Part shown: positions 1 through 14,129 of the stretch, in pieces
How positions within the stretch are numbered: position 1 is the stretch's first letter
Layout: each line of letters begins with the position of its first letter
Source of the DNA: the human T2T-CHM13v2.0 reference genome, Homo sapiens
Assembly (NCBI RefSeq): GCF_009914755.1
Contig: NC_060929.1
Length of the DNA stretch: 64,000 nt
Direction: 5' to 3' (one strand)
Translations under genes and position numbers: made by a program
The notes under the pieces: model-generated
The model's database searches: none
Told to the model about the DNA's origin: nothing
The model's input: only the letters and a program-made list of their open reading frames with translations

Positions 1-433
1 TGTAGAGGTTCATGCTGAATGGAAGGCAGTCACTGACTGCATTTGCTATCAGACGTGGTGGCTGCTTGCACTCCTCTTTGCATGGAAATGTCACTGGAGT
101 CCCAGTGAGGTCTGACTGATGGGGCCCAGCCACAGAAGCCACTATGAGGGGAGGCACAGTTTCTAGAATGTACACTCTGCCCTTACTGTAGGTATGGGTG
201 ACAGAAAGGACTGCCCAGCCTGTCTGCTTCACTGACTCCCAACCCAGGCAGTCTAAAGCAAAGCCAGTAGATTACAGGCTCCAGGACAGCACCAGACCTT
301 CCCTCCTTCCCTTCCTGCTGGCACATGTACTCCAAACATATCAAAACTGAGAATCAATAAGACTGTGGCAAAGAGCGAAAACACTCAGATCAGGCAGCTT
401 TTGCTCTGGAAGTCCTCACTGCACAGTCCCTTC

Positions 434-638
434 CAGGCTCAAGCAAGCCTTCTGCCTCAGCTTCCTGAGTAGCTGGGATTACAGGCATGCACAACCATGC
501 CCAGCTATCTTTTTTCTTTTTGTAGAGATGAAGTCTTGTTACGTTGCCCAGGCTGGTCTCAAGTTCCTGACCTTAAGTGGTCTTCCCACTTTGGCTTCCC
601 AAAGTGTTGGGATTGCAGTGATGAGCTACTGTGCCCCA
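434..638 (-). mobile_element. Old Alu (AluJ-like), partial
   Basis: Reverse-oriented Alu motifs: gcctcagcttcctgagtagctgggattacaggc ... ttgcccaggctggtctcaagttcctgacc ... cccaaagtgttgggattgcag. Highly diverged, tail portion missing. Confidence 0.85.
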
Positions 639-896
639 CCAGCTTTTAGTCATGAATAATTTTCTTTGGAGAGAAATAAGCAAGTGTGGGCCCCAGGGTG
701 TGCCATGTCAGTCAGCCTATCACAATGCTGAGTGGAGCGTGAAGAGGCTGTTCATCCTACTTCAGGGCATGGAGGAGCTGAATGGCCCTCAGTGGAAATG
801 ATAAGGAAGCAACTGTGAGCAGATGACCTTATTACACATTGGGGTGAAGGGTCAAAGTACTACTTCGCCATGGAACGGAGGCTGAGTCAGGAGATT

Positions 897-3195
897 TGTA
901 TTAGTTTATTCTCATGCTGCTATGAAGAACTGCTTGAGACTGGGTAAGTTATATAGGAAAGAGGTTTAATTGACTCACAGTTCCGCAGGACGGGGGTGGC
1001 CTCAGGAAACTTACAATCATGGCAGAAGGCACCACTTCACAGGGCGGCAGGAGAGAGAATGAGGGCCAAGCAAAGGAGAAAAGCCCCTTATGAAGCCATC
1101 AGATCTTGTGAGAACTCAGTCACTATCATGAGAACAGTGTGGGGGTAACTGCCCTCATAATTCAGTTACCTCCTACTGGGTCCCTCCCACAGCATGTGGG
1201 GATTATGGGAACTACAATTCAATATGAGATTTTAATGAGGACACATCCAAACAATATAATTCCACCCCTGGCCCTTCCCAAACCTCATGTCCTCACATTT
1301 CAAAACACAATTATCCCTTTCCAACAGTCTCCCAAATTCTTAGCTCATTCTAGCATTAACCCAAAAGTCCAAGTCCAAAGTCTCATCTGAGACAAGGAAA
1401 GTCCTTTCTGCTTATGAGCCTGTAAAATTGAAAGCAAGTTAGTTACTACCTAGATACAATGAGGAGTACAGGCACTGAGTAAAGACACCCATTCCACATG
1501 GGAGAAATTGGCCAAAACAAAGGGGCTACAGGCCCTGTGCAAGTCTGAAATCCAATAGGACAGTCATTAAACCTCCAAGTTCCAAAGTGATCTCCTTTGA
1601 CTCCATGTCTCACATCCAGGTCATGCTGATGCAAGAGGTGGGCTCCCAAGGCCTTGGGCAGCTCTGCTCCCATAACTTTACAGGGTATAGCCCCCATGCT
1701 GGATGCTTTCATGGACTGGCATTAAGTGTCTGTGGCTTTTCCAGGGGCATGGTGCAAGCTGTTGATGGATCTACTATTCTGGGGTCTGGAGGACAGTGGC
1801 CCTCTGCTCACAGCTCCACCAGGCAGTGCCCCAGTGGGGACTGTGCATGGGGCCTCCAGCCCCATATTTCCCTTCCACACTGCCCTAGCAGAGGTTCTCC
1901 ATGAGGACTCCACCCCTGCAGCAAACATCAGCCTGGACATCCAGGCACATCCATACATTCTCTGAAATCTAGGCGGAGGTTCCCAAACCTCAATTCTTGA
2001 CTTCTGTGCGTCCACAGGCTCAACACCACATGGAAGCCAGCAAGGCTTGGGTCTTGCACACTTGGAAGCAATGGCCCAGGCTGTACCTTGACCCCTTTTA
2101 GCCACGCCTGGAACTGAAGCAGCTGGGATACAGGGCATCATGTCCTGAGGCTGCACAGAGCAAGGGAGCCTTGGGCCCAGCCCAGGAAACCATTTTTCTC
2201 AACTATGCCTCTGGGATGGTAGGAGCTGCTCTGAAGGTCTCTGACATGTGCTGGAAACATTTCCCCATTGTCTTGGCTATTAAAATTTGGCTTCTCTTTA
2301 CTTATGCAAATTTATGCAAGGGCTTGAATTTCTCCCAAGGAAATGGGTTTTTCTTTTCTGTAGCAGCATCGGGCCACAAATTTTTCCAACTTGAATGCTC
2401 TGCTTCTCTTTTAAACTTAAGTTTCAGTTTCAGATCGTCTCTCTCAAGTTCAAAGTTCCACACATCTTTAGGGCATGGCAAAATGCTACGAGTCTCTTTG
2501 CTAAAGCACATCAAGAGCCACCTTTGCTCCAGCTCCCAATAAGTTCCTCATCTCTGAGACCATTTCAGCCTGGATTTCATTGTCCATATCATTAGCAGCA
2601 TTTTGGTCGAAACCATTCAACAAGTCTCTAGGAAGTTCCAAACATTCCCACATCTTCCTGTCTTCTGAACCCTCCAAGTCTCTAAGAAGTTCCAAGCTTT
2701 CCCACATTTTTCTGTCTTCTTCTGAGGCCTCCAAACATTTCCAATCTCTGCTTGCTACCGAGTTTCAAAGTTGCTTCCACATTGTGGGTATCCTTGTAGC
2801 AGCATCCTACTCCCTCAGTACCAATTTACTGTATTAGTTTGTTCTCACGCTACTATGAAGAAATACTCGAGACTGGGTAATTTATAAAGAAAAGAGGTTT
2901 AATTGACTCACAGTTCCGCAGAGATAAGGAAGCCTCAGGAAACTTACAATCATGGCAGGAGGCACTTCTTTACACGGCGGCAGAAGACACAATGAGTGCC
3001 GAATAAAGGGGGAAAAGCCCCTTATAAAACCAGTAGATCTCATGAGAACTCCCTCACTATCATGAGAACAGTATGGGGGTAACTTCTCTTATGATTCAAT
3101 TGCCTTGCACCAGGTACCTCTTACACAACACATAAGAATTATGGGAACTATAAGTCAAGATGAGATTTGGGTGGGGACACAACCAAACCATATCA
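897..3195 (-). mobile_element. Full-length THE1-type (THE1C/D-like) MaLR LTR retrotransposon: LTR-internal-LTR
   Basis: Two similar ~365-bp LTRs (897-1259, 2830-3195), each starting tgtattagttt and ending ..aaac(c/a)atat(c/a)a. They flank ~1.57 kb of MaLR internal sequence (decayed ORF pieces such as RKMWESLELPRDLLNGFDQNA). Flanking 5-mers agatt/aggtt are consistent with a TSD. Confidence 0.9.
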
Positions 3196-4240
3196 AGGTT
3201 CTCATGATCTTTCATGCAGGGTGAAGAAGGAAAGGGGCCTGTCCTGATTCTGTTCCCTTGGAGCCTGGGAGCTATGGTTCTAGGATCGGAGAAAGAAGTC
3301 AGGCATGGACCAGGAGAGAAAATGAGCCAGAAGAATGGGCTCAGCCACCTCAGAGGCTCCACTCCCATCGGCTGTGGTGAGGGAGACCTGGTCAGATTAT
3401 AGCTTCCTGACAGACTCCAGAGCATCTACCCTTGAGAAGAGAGCTGGGACCTGATTGCTTTGTGGTGACATTGTGTGCCAAATGTGAGAGAGATTTGGAG
3501 CTAAATATTTTATTTATATTTTTCCCTTGATTTAAAACATGTGGGGACAAAGAATGTGACCAGCTTGTGTACAACAGAAACACAGGACAAAAGATGACAG
3601 TTTTTATAACCCTGACACTTGTTCCTACCACAGCAATCAGTATTTGGTGGGGACCAGGCACTCTGTGCCTGTCACTTTCAATATCAGTTAGCTACTTAAC
3701 ATTATAAAGTCCCAAACTTAGCATGAGGTCACAATCCCCCGCTATCAGTTACAGATGCTGAAGATCCGAGAGACATGCCTCTGCAGGGAGTCAGAATGAT
3801 TGTTGGGCATTTTTCTCTCAATAGAAGATTGCATCTTCGTGATTTGTCGTGGAGAAGGAGCACTGGGCTTATTTGTTCTCCTGTCATCACCCTGACACAT
3901 CTCCTCTCCAGCCAGCAGCCAGCCCACCCTGGGTTGCCACAGGCTGCAACCTCCTCCATGCCTACGAGCCAGCAGTTGCCAGTGGCACACAATGGGGGCT
4001 TAGTCCCCTGGGCTCCATCCTGCATGGCAGTCTCCATGAACCTGGTCCACAGAATTGCAGGCTTTTGCTGGGCACTGGGCCTGGGCCTCAGGTGCAGCCG
4101 GAGTTGGTTCACGGCAGCTTTGAATTCAGATGCTGAGAGAAGCTGCAAGGAGAGTGCTGGTCAGCCAAGAGTTCTTCTTTGTTGGAGATTTGTGTTTTGG
4201 TCTGGAAGGGCATCCATATTCTATTCCCTTCTTCCCCTGT

Positions 4241-4395
4241 GAAAAAAGAAAGAAAGAAAGAGAGTGAGAGAGAGGAAGAGAGAAAGGAGAAGGAAGAAGG
4301 AAAGAAATGAAGGAAGGAAGGAAGGAAGGAAGGAAGGAAGGAAGGAAGGAAGTGAGGGAGGGAGGGAGGGAAGGAAAGGAAGGGAAGGAAAAGAA
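4241..4395 (+). repeat. Purine-rich simple repeat including a perfect (GGAA)10 at 4312-4351
   Basis: Direct reading: (GAAA)n, (GA)n, (GGAA)10, (GGGA)n. Confidence 0.95.
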
Positions 4396-6602
4396 ACACC
4401 AACATTTATTTTGGGTCCAGGCACTGGGTCAAGGGAGAAGGGAGGTTTGACATGGGGAAAGGAAGACTCTGGAGCAAGCTGGCTTCACACCTTTGAATTC
4501 TTATTATGTTTGATTGTGATGGCTCCTCCCTTACCATTCCTTCCCAAATTCTTCCTCAGATTTTCTTTTAAAATACAGACAAATGCCATTGAATTCTCCA
4601 ACTCTCCACAGTATATCTTTTCCACGTCTTTGCAATATACCAACGGAGGAGTAGTTCAACAATTAGAACTAATTAACATCTGTGGTTTATTAGAGTCATA
4701 TTAATTTCTTCAGCTAAGTAATCAACCAGAAAGTACCAAAGGACAGATAATGCTGAAACCACTGAATCTGTGCCTTCCAGCCTACAAAGCACGAGGGAAA
4801 TATGGAGTGAGTTAAGATCAGATGTCAGCATTTCCTTATACAACTATGCAGCAATGAAAGCAAAATATTTAAGAACTCTGAATGGGACATGGTTATAACG
4901 TGTTTTCAATTTTCAAACTCTTAAAACTGAATCCTTTAATATTTCCACATTTAAACTCAATTATCAAGTTGAGTAAACTGTTTTCATGATAATATAGACC
5001 AGTTTTTCATACTAAAAAAACATGACTTTACATGCAAGTAAGAATTGTGCTGTTGATTGACTCTCTTTAAAGCCTAACACAATATTAAGAAAAAAATTAT
5101 ACTATCATTAGTTGGACTTTTAATGTTGACAAGCATTTCTGTGTGAATCAATCAGAAAGCTGTAAGTAGATCTTGACAAAAGGGCAGAAACACAAGCTAA
5201 ATGTATTAATAAAAAGACAAACCTGATTCCATGAAATATTTAGTCTTGTGATTGGTCATTGTACCAGTGTTTCATCCCAAGCTTCTCTCTGGTTCTACAA
5301 CCCCATGAAATTTAAGAAGTGGTTTTTGTAAGTCTTGGGCCCTCCCTAGGATTTTTTAGGTTGACACCAATAGTCCCCAGCACATGCACACACTCCCAAC
5401 AGATGACTAAACAGAGCAAAAGGACCCTCAACAAGCCATGATATGTTTCAGCAGCATGGGTTGGGGAGGTGGGACACAGGCCGGATGAGAGGGACGATTC
5501 TCCTGATGTGTTGATGTAAATGGCACTTTACGGTTTCATGAACATAAATGTAAAATTGTCCCCCCTCTGAGTCATTCTCTAAGAAACTGAAAATTGGAGC
5601 GCTGGCATGAGATGATATGTCATTCAGTACACTCATGAGTTGTCCTGATGCCAAGGAAATTTGCTATTTTATTTGCTTACTGGTACGTACTATATTATTT
5701 TTTTATTAGAGTATATTTTATATTTTCTTAATAATTTTGCCCTGCATTTTAAAGAGCAAATATTTTGTTTTATTGCATTTTACCTAGTAAAAATTACATT
5801 CTACCCAGATGAACAACTCAGAAAGTATTATAGTAACATCATTCTCTGAATTCTAATATTTATAGAGTTGAATAAGTAGATCTCCCATAAAGCAACATTT
5901 TCTTATAAGTCATATATTTAAGTTAGCTGATAGTTTATTGCACCACAAGAAAGAGAACACATTTTTTAAGTCTTGTTTATAAGACTCATAGCATAGATAA
6001 ATGTATGAGAAAAATTTCTGCTTCCTATCAGGAAAGAGACAATTTTTACCCTCCTACCTAAAGCAAACAAACAAAGCAAAAAGATAAAACATATGAAACC
6101 CACATTGTCAAGAATGGACATTAAGAAACAAAAGCTATGAACCCTGAGAGATGAAAAACAAATGATGTGAGCTCTCCAACCATCCTAGCATGGTGCCTTG
6201 AGGGAGTTCCCAGATGGGTAAAGGCAGGGGACCTAGCTGGAGGCCCTCAGACTCTCTGAGTTGAGGACAAGGAAGAATAATCCAGTTAGGCAAAGCCACG
6301 TAGAATCCACAGTGCAGAATACCGGAGAGAGACTGAGCACAGAGAGAGCGCTTCAGAGGTGTCAAGAAGGTCCCTGTGGAGTATTCAGTTGGGTACTCAT
6401 GAATGCACCCATGTGTGGATGCTTCTTGAGGCTGGGGAAAGAACTACCCAATGGATGAGAGGAAAGGGTACCAGAAACTCACACAGGGCTGAGGATAGTG
6501 CTTCTTCCTGCCAGCCAGATAAGAAAAACAGAATGCATTGAGTATTGGGCAAAGTACATACACAGATCTTGTGTACGTCATGAAGACTAATTAGTCCTAC
6601 AT

Positions 6603-6786
6603 CAGAGGTTTTCAATCTCAGCACCAGTAATATTTTGCCCTGAATAGTATTTGCTGTGGGAACTGTGTCCACTGCACATAGAATGCTTAGCAACACCCAC
6701 AATATTAGCCCATTAGATGCCATAACCCCTGTAGATGTTGCTAAATGTCTCCTGGGTACAAAATTTACCCTGGTTGGAAACCACTG
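6603..6786. mobile_element. MER20-like hAT-Charlie DNA transposon
   Basis: cagaggttttcaatctcagcac... to ...ctggttggaaaccactg. Terminal inverted repeats and internal motif match MER20. Confidence 0.7.
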
Positions 6787-6879
6787 TCTTAGTCTGATCA
6801 CTGCTTTAGTTCTTGCACAAGAAATTCTTATAAAGCAAGGCAAGAGGGTTCAAACTATTTTCAATAAAATTAATGGCAT

Positions 6880-9540
6880 CCCAAGACAAAGCTCAAGGAT
6901 ATTCCTAAGAGAACAAAAATACCCAGGACTTAACAAAATCAAATGACAAAATCTTGCATTAGATAAAAATTACTACATTTTCAAATAAAAAGGAAAACAT
7001 GCCCAATAGAAAAAAAAACAATTGAAACTGACCCAGTACTAACACAGGTTTTAGAATTAGCAGATCATTTTAAAAGCTATTATAAATGTGCCGTGTTGAA
7101 AGTACTAAGTAGAAACACGAAAGGTATTTAAAAGACCCAAATCAATTTTTAGAGATGAAAAGTGTAATAGGTGAGATTGTAAAATGCACTGGATAAGAAT
7201 AATGGCAGATAGGAAGAAAAGACTAGTGAACTTAGAAACACATTATTGGAAACTGTAAATGAAACACTAGAATAAAACTATGACTTAAAGAATTATCTAA
7301 GCACCAGTGACCTCTGGAAAACATGTAAACAGAATAATATATAAGTAATTGAAGTTCTTGAAAGAATAAGAACAGTAAGGAGGAAGAAGAGGAGAAAAAG
7401 GAGAGGGACAGTAGGAAGAAAAAACGAAGAAGAAACTGAAATGAACACAAATTTTTCTAATTTCGAAAACTACAAACACATAGATTCAAAAAACTCAGAA
7501 ACATGAGGACGAGAAACATAAAGAAAACTACGTCAAGACATTTTATAATAAAACTGCTCAAAACCAATGATAAAGATAAAGGCTTAGAAACAACTGGAGA
7601 GAAAAATGATTACATAAAGAAGATCATGGTTATGATGACAGCAGGTTTCTTGTTAGAAACAACACAGCCAAAAAGACAGTGTAATAGCATCTTTAAAGTA
7701 CTGAAAGAAAAAACTGTCAGCCAACAGTTTTATACCCACAGGAAAGATCTTCTGAAAGTAAAAATTAAATAAAGACTTTCAGACATAAAAAGCTGTAGAG
7801 ATGTATTACCAGTAGAATATTGGTACCAGAAATATTTTTAAAAGTTCTTCTGGGAGACAGGAAATGACCGGATAGAAATGTGGATCTATGGCAAGAGAAT
7901 GAAGAGTACTAAAAACTGTACTACATGGGTAGATACACGAGACCATTCTGATTATTAAATCCTCTTTTAGAGAGCATTTAAAGAAAGCATTAATAAAATA
8001 TAACAATGAGTGTTAAGTTTTCAACAAATATACATTTAAAATATATGGCAAAAACAGCACCCAAATCAGATGGAATAAAGGAAAGTATACTATTGTAATT
8101 TTCTTATGCTATATATGAAATATATATATGAAACATCACTTGAATGTCGACTGCAATAAATTAGAAGTTTATATTATTAACCAAAATGAAACCACTAAAG
8201 TAATAAAACAAAAAGTTATAGAGAATAAAAAAGAATTGATATAAAATGAAATCATAAATATATTAAATTACTTCAATAGATGACAAAAACAAATAAGGAA
8301 ATGAAAAATAAATGGGACAAATAAAATACAAATGATAAGTTGGTCGATTTATACCTAATAATATCAATATTCACAGTAACTGTAAATGACCTGAATACAC
8401 CCATTAGAAAGCAGAGGTTATCATATAAGATAAAAAGTCTAAACTCAAATACATATTGACTACCAGAAACACACTTTAATTATCAATACACAGGTAGGTT
8501 AAACAATTTGTTAAAGTGCTGTATCATTCTAAAACGAATCCAAAAATACTAGAAGTATATGTTAATTTGAGCAAAGTATATTTCAGTGCGAAGAATATTG
8601 CCATGGGTAAAAAAGGTCATTTCATCATGATAAAGTTGTCAATTTATCAAGCGGATGTAGAATCTTAAGCATGTGTGTACACAGTGAGATCTTCAAACTA
8701 CACAGAGCAGAAACAAATAGAACTGCAAAAAGAAAAGGATAAATCAGTAGATATAGCTGGAGATTTCAATACCTTCACTCAACCATTGAGAGATTATGTG
8801 GACAGAAAATCAATAAAGATACAGATTTGAACAAAATTATCAATCAACTCGAAATAATTAACACTTACAGAACACTCCATCCAACAATAGCAGAATGCAC
8901 ATTCTTTTTAAGTGGCCACAAAAGAATTTACCAAGATAGACCAAATTCTGGGCCTCTAAACAAGTCTCAATATATTTGAAAGGATTCAAGTCAGGCTATT
9001 CTCAGACCACATTGTAATAAAATCAAAAACGAATAACGCAAAAAGCTCCAAAAAAAAATACTCTGAAACTAAATAATACACTTCTAAATAAACCATGGGT
9101 CAAAAAAGAAATAAGTATAAAATAAGAACATATTTTGAACTGAATGTAAATACAAATACAACTTACAGACTTTTTTAGAATGCCCCTGAAATGTGTGGGA
9201 AATTTATATCATTAAATGCCTACATTAGAAAAGATGAAAGAACTCAAATTAATAATATCAGTATCTATCTCAAGAAACAGAGAAAGAAGAGGGAATGTAA
9301 CCCAAATTAAGTAGAAGGAAATAAATATAAGGATGAGAACAGAAATCAAGGAAACAGAAAACAGAAAAACAATAGATAAAATGAAAATCAGAAAATAAAG
9401 CCAAAACTGCTTTTTGAGGTCAATGAAATTGATAAGCCCTTAACCAGGCTGGTTAGGAAAGGAGAATTACAAATTACCAATATCGGGAATGAGAGAGGTG
9501 TCATCACCACATACGATATAGACAATGAGAGACAATAAAG
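6880..9540 (+). mobile_element. Old L1M fragment (ORF1 remnant, inter-ORF region, ORF2 endonuclease region)
   Basis: A-rich sense strand. ORF1p-like peptide RHFIIKLLKTNDK...FLLETTQPKRQCNSIFKVLKEK at 7503-7772. ORF2 endonuclease-like nucleotide motifs (ggagatttcaatacc, ccaacaatagcagaatgcacattc). Many stop codons. Confidence 0.8.
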
Positions 9541-10350
9541 AATGGGCAAGGACTTGAATGGATATTTCCTCAAAGATTCCATACAAATGGCCAACAAGCA
9601 TGTGAAAAATACATATCACTGATTATTAGAGAGGTGCAAATCAAAACCATAATCAGATTTCACCTCACACCCATTAGAACAGCTACTATCAAAAAAATAA
9701 AAAAAAAAACAGGCATTGCTCAAGATGTGGAGAGGCTGAAACGTTTGTGCATTTTTGATGTAAAATGGTGCAGTTGCTATGAAAACCAGTATGGTAGTTT
9801 CTCAAAACATTAGAAACAGAATTACCATATGATCCAGCAATTCCACTGGATATATCCAATACAATGAAAGCACGGTCTCAAAAAGGTATTTGTGTGCCCA
9901 TGTTCACAGCACCGTCATTCACCATAGTCAAGAAGTGGAAGCAACGCGAGCGTCTATCAAAGAATCAATGGATAAACAAAATACAGTATATTCATCAAAT
10001 GGATATTAAAGGAAGAAAATTCTGACACTTGCTACAACATGGAAGAACCTTGAAGACAGCATGCTGAGTGAAATAAGTCAGTCAGGAAAGACAAACATTG
10101 TATAATTCCAGTTATAGGAAGTACCTGGAGTAGTCAGATTCATAAAGACAGAAAGTAGAATGTTAGTCTCCATGGGCTGAGAAGATGGATAGAGGGTTAT
10201 TTTTTAAGCAGTAGATAATTTCAGTTTTACAAGATTAAAAAAGTTCTTGGAAGTAGTTGTACAATGATGTGGATATATTTAAAAATGTTTAAAATATACT
10301 TTAAGATGGTAAATTTTATGTTATGTGAATTTTACAATTAATTTTTTTAA
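9541..10350 (+). mobile_element. L1MB-like 3' end inserted into the older L1
   Basis: L1 3' sequence (aatgggcaaggacttgaatggatatttc ... atggtaaattttatgttatgtgaattttac) flanked by agacaataaag / agataataagg. The host L1 ORF2 resumes after it. Confidence 0.75.
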
Positions 10351-10484
10351 AGATAATAAGGGAATATTATGAACAACTTTGTGCCAGTAAATTTGACAAC
10401 ACATGTGAGATGGATAACTCCCTTGGCAGACAGGAACTACTAAGGTCAGTCGAGAAGAAGGAGATGACCTGAATGAGCCCTGTG

Positions 10485-10999
10485 TGTTACTGGATGGAAG
10501 GTCTTGACTGTGAGTTGTCCAGGTTCTTGGCGTGTTGAACAAAGAATTGAACAAAACATACAAACAAAGCAACAAAAGAATGAAACAATGAAAGATAAAC
10601 AAAGCAACAAAAGAACAGAGTAACAAAAGCACAGATTTATTGAAGCAAAAGTGCATTTCACAGAGTGGGAACAGGCTCAAGCAAGTGCCTGAAGAACCCC
10701 CCGAATTACAATGTTCTTTAGGGTTTTATTAAGATAAAAGAATTTGGTAACATCCCTAAGTGCCCTTTAGAGGCGTCCAGTTGGTTACACCCTAGGAAGG
10801 ATTGGCCCATGACCCATCAGAGGGTGAAGTGAAGACTTGGCCCCCAGTCAATCAGGGGCTGAAGTGGAATCTTCTGTTTTGTTGTCACAGGAGTAAGGAT
10901 GTGGCCTGGGTGCTGCCCAATCTTGTCTGGAGCTGGCTGCACCTGCTGTTCTCCTTCTCCTTAACCCTTGGTTCCCTTATTCCCTATTCTCCTGCCTCT
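10485..10999 (-). mobile_element. ERV1-class solo LTR (MER51-group-like) nested in L1
   Basis: tgttactggatggaaggtcttgac...ggttcttggcgtgttgaacaaagaattg and terminal ccctattctcctgcctct. Interrupts otherwise contiguous L1 sequence. Subfamily uncertain. Confidence 0.7.
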
Positions 11000-11673
11000 T
11001 ACCTATTAAAGCAAGTGAATTTGTAGCTGATCACCTCCCTTCAATGATTATATTAGAGACAGATAGCTTCACTAGTAAATTCTACTAACAGTAATAAAAG
11101 AGAGTATACTATTTACATAGAAACTCAAGTAGAAAACTGAAGAGGTTTCTCATTCAGTGAACTGACATTACCCTGACTTAAAAAAAAAAAAAAATTAATG
11201 ACATTATAAGAAGAGAAAACTACAGACTTCGGGAGCATGGAAGAACAAAAATCCTAAGCTAAATCTTACCAGTTAAATTCAACATTTAAAAATACATCAT
11301 GAACAAGTGAGCAAGTGAGATTTACCCCAGGAATACAAGGTGAGTTTAACAATCCAAAATAAATGTGACAAACTAAAAGTGAAAAGTCCCATGAACATCT
11401 GAGTAAAAGTAGAAAAAGCCCTTCACAAAACCCAGCATCCATTTTCTCATAAAAGCTTTCAGCAAGCTAGGAGTAGAAGGCTTCCTCCTCACCCTGGTAA
11501 TATGTATTTGTGAAAAAAAACATGCAACAAGTAATATCACAGTTATGGTGAAAGATGAAATGCTTTCCCATTAAAATGAGTAGTAAGATATGGATGTGTG
11601 GCACAGCTGATTGGAATATAAAATTGTGTGACCATTTTGGAAGATAATTTTTCTCTTTTTTAAAAAGTTAAAC

Positions 11674-11981
<308 letters not shown>

Positions 11982-12950
11982 TTATTCTGCTTCTAGACAT
12001 TTACTCAAGATAAATGAAAGTATAGATGCAATACAAATCCTTGTAAACAAAAGTTCATGAGTACTTAATTTGTGATAGCCAAAAAGTGGAAATATCCCAA
12101 ATGTCTGTCAATAGGTAAATGGATAAACAAGCTGGGTGTAAACATATTGTGGAACACTACTCAGACATTAAAAGGAAGGAACAGTTGATACAGGCAACAA
12201 CTTTGATAGATCTCAAAATAATTATGCTGAGTGAATGAAGCAAGAAAAAAAAAGAGCACATAGCACATTATTCCATTTTTATAAATTCTAAAGAAAATAA
12301 ACTAATTTATAGAGATAGGCAGAAAGCAGATCAGTGGTTCCCCGGCCTTGGGATGGTGGCTGAAGGATGCTATGGGCAATTTGTGGAGGTCAGATCTTTT
12401 TCAGCTAAAAACCCACCTTCCAAAGAAGAAACAGAGTACTTCCTCTAGGTGGAGAAATGCAAAATAAAATTTATAAAGGGAGCTTTTTTTTTTTTATGTG
12501 CAAAGCCCAACTTATTCTTGAAAATGTCTTGGAAGCCATGGTGCCAATTTACATCCTCCTGTTTGGGAAATGAGACAGTTTCCGATAAGGAAGTACAGAG
12601 CAGTGGAGCTGAACAGCAGGTGCTTATTAGTTATAGCCGTGGCTAGAAAAGTGGCTTGAGCTTCAAACGTAAGACTCTAAAATGAACAAGCAATTTGAAG
12701 CGTGTAACAGAATGGTGGAGTGTGAATTAGTATTTACTTCCCAGATCTAAATTCAGGTTCTGGCGGCCCCCATAGAGTGCTCTGGGAAAGAGAACAATAA
12801 TATTTTCTTGTGCACTTTAAAAACAATACACAGTTCTAAAATTGTCAAAGTTAGTGGGGAGGTAAACCTAGCTAGGGCCAATAATTCTCTCTTCAACTGT
12901 GAAAAACTGATTTGAGAGATCACAGGGCATAAAAAAGAATGTGCACCCCC

Positions 12951-13040
12951 AGGGTGTAGAATATATCATTCTACACAGGGTGCAGAGTATATCATTCTAC
13001 ACAGGGTGCAGAATATACACAGGGTGTAGAATATATCATT
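12951..13040. repeat. 26-bp tandem repeat (about 3.5 copies) with an internal palindrome
   Basis: Unit agggtgtagaatatatcattctacac at 12951, 12977, 13003 (8-nt deletion) and 13021 (partial). Confidence 0.9.
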
Positions 13041-13771
13041 ATTGTAGCTATTTGCATCACAATAAAATATGAATGCAAATTCCTTAGGCACAGTAAATAA
13101 TGGATCACATATGCAACACTGGAATCAGACTAGCATCTGTAGTTGCTCTAAATATGATAAAATGTCAAAGCCCATTAATGATCACATTTAGGATCTCAGT
13201 TGCTGCCTAGCTGGGAAGATGAGAGCATTCCCCATGGAGGAGTATTGTCCTCAGCTCTGCAGCAAAGACGCTCTGCCTTTCTCAGAGTGTCCGGTCATGT
13301 ACTGAAACTTCTGGAGACAGGAGACTGAGATAAATTGACCATGTTATCCATGATTCGTTTCGATAAAACAGTGCCAGGATCTCGAAGAAACCTCCAAGTT
13401 ATTAGATAAACTGATGCATCCATCATTGGAAAGATTAGCTAAGCTTTGATAATAATGGCTGGACATGTGTTTGCATTTTTTTCTATACAACTAAAAATAA
13501 TTCTTGAAGCAAGAGTGGCTTTAATGCTTTCATGTGAGAAATATGATGATTTCTGTGTGGTTGGAAAGGGAGCAGCCTCTGCGTTCTCTGTTTCTGCATC
13601 CGTGTTTCACTCTGACCTGATCAGATATTTCTCTCCTGGTGATAGATTCCATGGGGATGAACAGATGGCCCGAAGCTCAATCCTGTGGACAAGACTACAT
13701 TTGCGGCTAGGCACATCTTGTTTCATGGACAAAAGAACTTGGTTAGCAAAAGGAAAAAATAGAATTTCCTT

Positions 13772-13850
13772 ACATACACACACACACACACACATACACA
13801 CAACACACACACACACACAAAACACATACACATGCGTGCATGCACATGTA
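13772..13850. repeat. (CA)n microsatellite, interrupted
   Basis: Direct reading. Confidence 0.9.
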
Positions 13851-14129
13851 CAGGTTAGAAATGTTAAGAAACATGAAAACACCCTTCTTATTCTCTTGTA
13901 TGCCGGGTGGCTTTGGATTGCTCTTCCGTAGGATGCAATATGATACACCATAATCAATAATCACAACACCTGAAATATTAACACTGCAGTTGCTTTTATT
14001 TACCTCTGAAAAATAGATCCCTCTCTTGCAGAAGCAAGAACAGTCCAGGGACCCACCTCTGACCTGCAAGTCCCATGACTGATTGTTTATCGGCTCTTGG
14101 CAAAGCAGGAACCGTCCCACATCAACAGG

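Noticed and set aside
2620-2735. ~54-bp tandem duplication in the THE1 internal region
   Set aside because: I recall this duplication as a feature of some THE1 internal consensuses, so it is probably not locus-specific.
1139-2837. Cluster of overlapping ORFs
   Set aside because: All lie within the THE1 LTR or internal region and are fragments of the decayed MaLR ORF.
4109-4704. ORFs with FLPS / KEGR repeats
   Set aside because: Translations of the GGAA microsatellite.
12951-13040. CRISPR-like palindromic repeat
   Set aside because: Units are head-to-tail with no unique spacers, there are no cas genes, and the context is primate.
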